A DNA stretch of 60,474 nucleotides, the filler included, from Fonticula-like sp. SCN 57-25 (taxonomy: Eukaryota): NCBI GenBank assembly GCA_001724245.1. It is 5 parts of 5 records of this genome, joined end to end, with 100 filler letters (N's around TTAATTAATTAA, not from the genome) between each part and the next. Parts side by side here need not be neighbours in the genome. Positions count along the whole stretch, not along the records: positions 48,773 to 60,474 come from MEDX01000194.1; 4 more parts are not named here. One strand, given 5' to 3'. How positions within the stretch are numbered: position 1 is the first letter of the stretch; each line of letters opens with the position of its first letter. Made by a program: the position numbers and the translations under genes. Below, piece by piece: positions 57,141 to 60,474 of the stretch. Below the pieces are notes generated by a model. The model was not told the DNA's origin. It ran no database searches and saw nothing but the letters and a program-made list of their open reading frames with translations.

Positions 57141-58693
57141 ATGTCTGCCGAGTGGACCACTGTGCCCGCCGCCGCGCGCGCCCTGCGCACCACCAACCCT
57201 ATCCGCGCTATTGTGGATAACCTCAAGAGCCCGCCGAACCCGAACAAGGAGGTGATTTCGCTCAGCATTGGTGATCCCACTCTCTTTGGCAACTTCCAGC
57301 CGCCTACCGAGATCATTGACGAGTTCACCCGCGTGCTGCGCGACTCCAAGCACAACGGCTACCCGCCGAGCGTTGGCTACCAGAGCGCGCGCGACGCCAT
57401 TGCCAAGCACTACAGCATCCCGGAGGCGCCCGTCACTGCTGCCGACGTCATCATCTGCTCGGGATGCTCCGGCGCCATTGAGATGTGCATCAGCGGCCTC
57501 GCCGATGAGGGCCAGAACATCCTGCTCCCCAAGCCCGGCTTCTCGCTCTACCAGACGGTGGCCGAGGCCCGCGGCATCGAGGTGCGCTACTATGACCTCC
57601 TGCCCGACCGCGGGTGGGAGGCCGACCTCGACCACGTGCGCTCCCTCATCGACAGCAAGACCGCGCTGCTCCTCGTCAACAACCCGTCCAACCCGTGCGG
57701 CTCCAACTACTCGGAGCAGCACCTGCGCGACATCGTGGCCGGTATGTCTTTTATTATTTTGTCGCGCGCGCGTTGTTGATGTCTCTTTTTAGTTGCCGAG
57801 AAGGCGCGCCTGCCCATCCTCGCCGACGAGATCTACGCCGACATGGTGTTTGGCGACAACAAGTTCATCCCGCTCGCCAAGGTGAGCAGCAAGGTCCCTA
57901 TCCTCACCACTGGCGGCATTGCCAAGCGCTTTGTCGTGCCGGGCTGGCGCCTCGGGTGGATCGTCATCCACGATCCCGCCAACCTCTTTGCGGCTCAGGT
58001 ACGAAGATGCTCAAATTTGTTGAATTTCTTGGCGTATTTTGATGAAGTTTTGTTTATTTTGGCGTGTTTTAATTGTTTTTTGTGTTTATTTTGGCGTGTT
58101 TTAATTGTTTTTTGTGTTTATTTTGTGCTGTTTTCGTCTGTTATGTCACTTTATGGATTTCAACTCTTCATTCGACCACTCGTTTCTAACGTTCTTTAAC
58201 AGGTCCGCGACGGCTTGACGCGCCTTTCTCAGCTTGTTCTCGGCGCCAACTCTCTCGTGCAAGGCGTCCTCCCCAAGCTCCTTGCGATCGAGGACGAGTA
58301 CCACATCAACACCATCCGCATGCTCGAGGAGAATGCGCAGTTCACTGTCGATCGCATCTCGGCCATCCCCGGCCTCCAGATCATCGTCCCGCACGGCGCC
58401 ATGTACGCGATGGTCCGCATCATCGTCGAAGAGTTCCGCGACATTGCCGACGACACCGACTTTTGCAACAAGATGATCGAGGAGCAGTCGGTCGTCTTCC
58501 TTCCCGGCCAGGTACGCTCGCTTGTCGGGGGTGATTGTCGGGGGTGATTGGTGGGGGTGATTCGGAGGCTCACACATGGGAATAGTGCTTCAAGTACAAG
58601 AATTACTTCCGCATCGTGTTCAGCAACCCGAAGGATATCCTCGGGGAGGCGTACGCGCGCCTCGCAGAGTTCTGCGCGGCCCACCACAAGTAG
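57141..58693 (+). CDS. TAT: Tyrosine aminotransferase, 4 exons
   Basis: [47 protein letters not shown]. Confidence 0.93.
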
Positions 58694-58951
58694 ACTTTTT
58701 TGTCGCAGAAGGCGACTTGCATTACCCCCCAAAAAGGCATAGGAAACAATAAATAAATAGAAACCCATTATTTGTGCAATGATGGCCATAACATTATATT
58801 GTTTATTTCACGCTCTTTTGCATGGAAACTGCACCAAAAACAGCCAAAGCACATTGCCGGCTGTTTTGATGACTGTGCGTTTCACCATGTGTGAATCTTG
58901 ACCACGTGGTCAAGTATCTCCATCGCCTGTCACAGCATCGTTGCGACCAAC

Positions 58952-59487
58952 ATGAGCATTTTGAAGGCGTGGAAGTCTGTGCAGAGCGTGCCGTTCGGCC
59001 TCGGCCCTTGGTGTTTCCAGTGGCTGGTCCTTCTGAAGGCGCCGTATTCGTGGACCGTTTTCCCTCGCGTTGTTGATCTCAAGGAGGGTTACTGCCGCGT
59101 GCAGATCAAGGAACGCGCCATCCTCAAGAACCCTTTCAACAGCATCCACGCTGTTGCGCTCGCCAACGTCGGCGAGCTCACGTCGGGGCTGTCGATGATG
59201 AGCGCGCTTGACTCGCAGGGTCTGCGCGGCATCGTGACAAAGCTTGAGACGGAGTACGTCAAGAAGGCCAAGGGTGCGTCGCTTTGCGCTGGTCGATTGG
59301 TTGTGCTCATGTTGTTTGGATAGGCGTCGTGACGGCCGTGTCGTCGGTGGACGTCAAGAGCAGGCTGCTCGCCGAAGGACAGGACAAGGCGACCATGTCG
59401 GTGTACACGGATCTTTTTGATGCAAAGGACGATCTCGTCGCGCGCACCACCGCGACATGGACGATCAGCCCCAAGCCCGCCAAGTAG
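58952..59487 (+). CDS. Hotdog-fold thioesterase (DUF4442/PaaI-like), 2 exons
   Basis: APYSWTV.PRV, NPFNSIHAVALANVGELTSGL, EYVKKAKG. Confidence 0.75.
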
Positions 59488-59891
59488 GGAGATGTCGAGT
59501 CAATGCGATATTGTACATGTAGTTTTCAATATAAACATGTTTTTGTTGGCTATTATACATTGTATTAGAGAAAAATGGGCGATCACTAATATATCTGGCG
59601 TTGCACAAAAGATCTCGTGTAGTACAGGGGATCATGAGGCGTCGCCAGAGATGGGGATCGGTTTCCGGTTGCCCATCCAGCTGAGATACGACTGCCAACC
59701 AAGGCCGACCAAATTGATAAAGAGAATGCTAAAGGAAAGCGAGTGTGTCAGTCGGGGATTCCGGTTCGGGCGGCAGCGCACCGCTGAGTCGGAGGAACCC
59801 AGGCAAACGTCACGATATTGGCGGGCATCCAGACCACCGCCGATGATATGACGGTAGGCAGGTAAAACTCTTTCATTTTCAATTTATATTC

Positions 59892-60335
59892 CTAATGGAA
59901 AAGCAGAGGGAGCATTAGCACCTGGCGCAGGCAGGATGCGTACTGATGGCGTGCCTCGATCCCGCCGCCGGCAGCAAACGTCGTTGCGCCGTAAAACAAG
60001 GCAAGATACGGCGGCGCAACCGTGCTCTGCCCCACGAGCGACTTTATGAGCACTGTGCGCCAGTCGCGGCCATGTCCGAGGAACCGATCAAGCAGTCGGA
60101 AGCCCACGTGAAAGTAGGGACCATGCATTGCCGCGCCAATCACGCCAAACGACAACGTCCTATTGCGCGATTGTGCGCTCATCAGATCAATGTGAATAAC
60201 ATGCAAAAGTGCGTACCGCCTGAGGTTGTACGTCCGCTCAGTCTTGTCCCACTGCTCCGCCGTCTGCGCCGTCACATCGCTGACAAGATGGAGGATGCAT
60301 GATGTGATCGAGGCGCGGGCAATAGCTGCCATCAT
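59892..60335 (-). CDS. Mpv17/PMP22 family protein (exon boundaries approximate; further 3' exons likely)
   Basis: SDVTAQ, RTLSFG..GAAMHGPYFHVGFRLLD, KSLVGQSTVAPPYLALFY. Confidence 0.7.
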   Translation of the reverse strand: MMAAIARASITSCILHLVSDVTAQTAEQWDKTERTYNLRRYALLHVIHIDLMSAQSRNRTLSFGVIGAAMHGPYFHVGFRLLDRFLGHGRDWRTVLIKSLVGQSTVAPPYLALFYGATTFAAGGGIEARHQYASCLRQVLMLPLLFH

Positions 60336-60474
60336 CAATAATGGCCACGTGCACAAGCGCAGCAAACTTTTCCACTCACACAAGCGATAAGAGTTGATTG
60401 AAAAATCCAAATTTTGAGACGTACCGAAACCGACTTTTTCGAATCAAATCGTCGTCGCGATGCCGTCGACGATT

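Noticed and set aside
58050-58130. Tandem duplication in a TAT intron and similar T-rich intron tracts (7400-7560, 38680-38780, 52430-52560)
   Set aside because: Low-complexity intronic expansions with no C/D boxes or guides seen

Overview
Gene-dense, intron-containing, GC-rich nuclear DNA of a unicellular eukaryote. Rxt2-like and Rsm26/mS42-like genes hint at a fungus-related opisthokont such as a nucleariid (inference only). The window is five contigs joined by artificial 100-nt N-TTAATTAATTAA-N spacers. Most of it is housekeeping genes: COX6A, FAM91A1, SURF4, PHYH, importin-7, PTAR1, RPL31, TAT, a RhoGAP and a kinase, among others. Two regions stand out. (1) 25.3-27.3 kb has no long ORF but is a minus-strand non-coding snoRNA host gene of the GAS5/UHG type. 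It has a TATA box, a 5'TOP-like start, three E-boxes and eight introns, each holding one box C/D snoRNA. Most guides match universal rRNA methylation sites (U14, snR190/SNORD12, snR67/U31, U53, snR77, snR39B, snR39/59+snR69) and one matches U6 snRNA (Am53). Introns 7 and 8 abut at a CAG|GTATG zero-length exon, a candidate recursive splice site. (2) 12.3-24.8 kb is a mobile/accessory island with a hAT transposase split into two divergent halves, HIT-like, HTH+GIY-YIG and UDG-fold ORFs, a RecQ pseudogene and a TTAA-flanked MITE. Other oddities are a VP39-type cap methyltransferase with a G-patch, a Ser->Gln pseudo-depolymerase, an LD-motif/FERM/LRR protein, a long hairpin in the RPL31 leader intron, and a tandem-repeat bidirectional promoter. 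All family assignments are from recalled motifs, not database searches.
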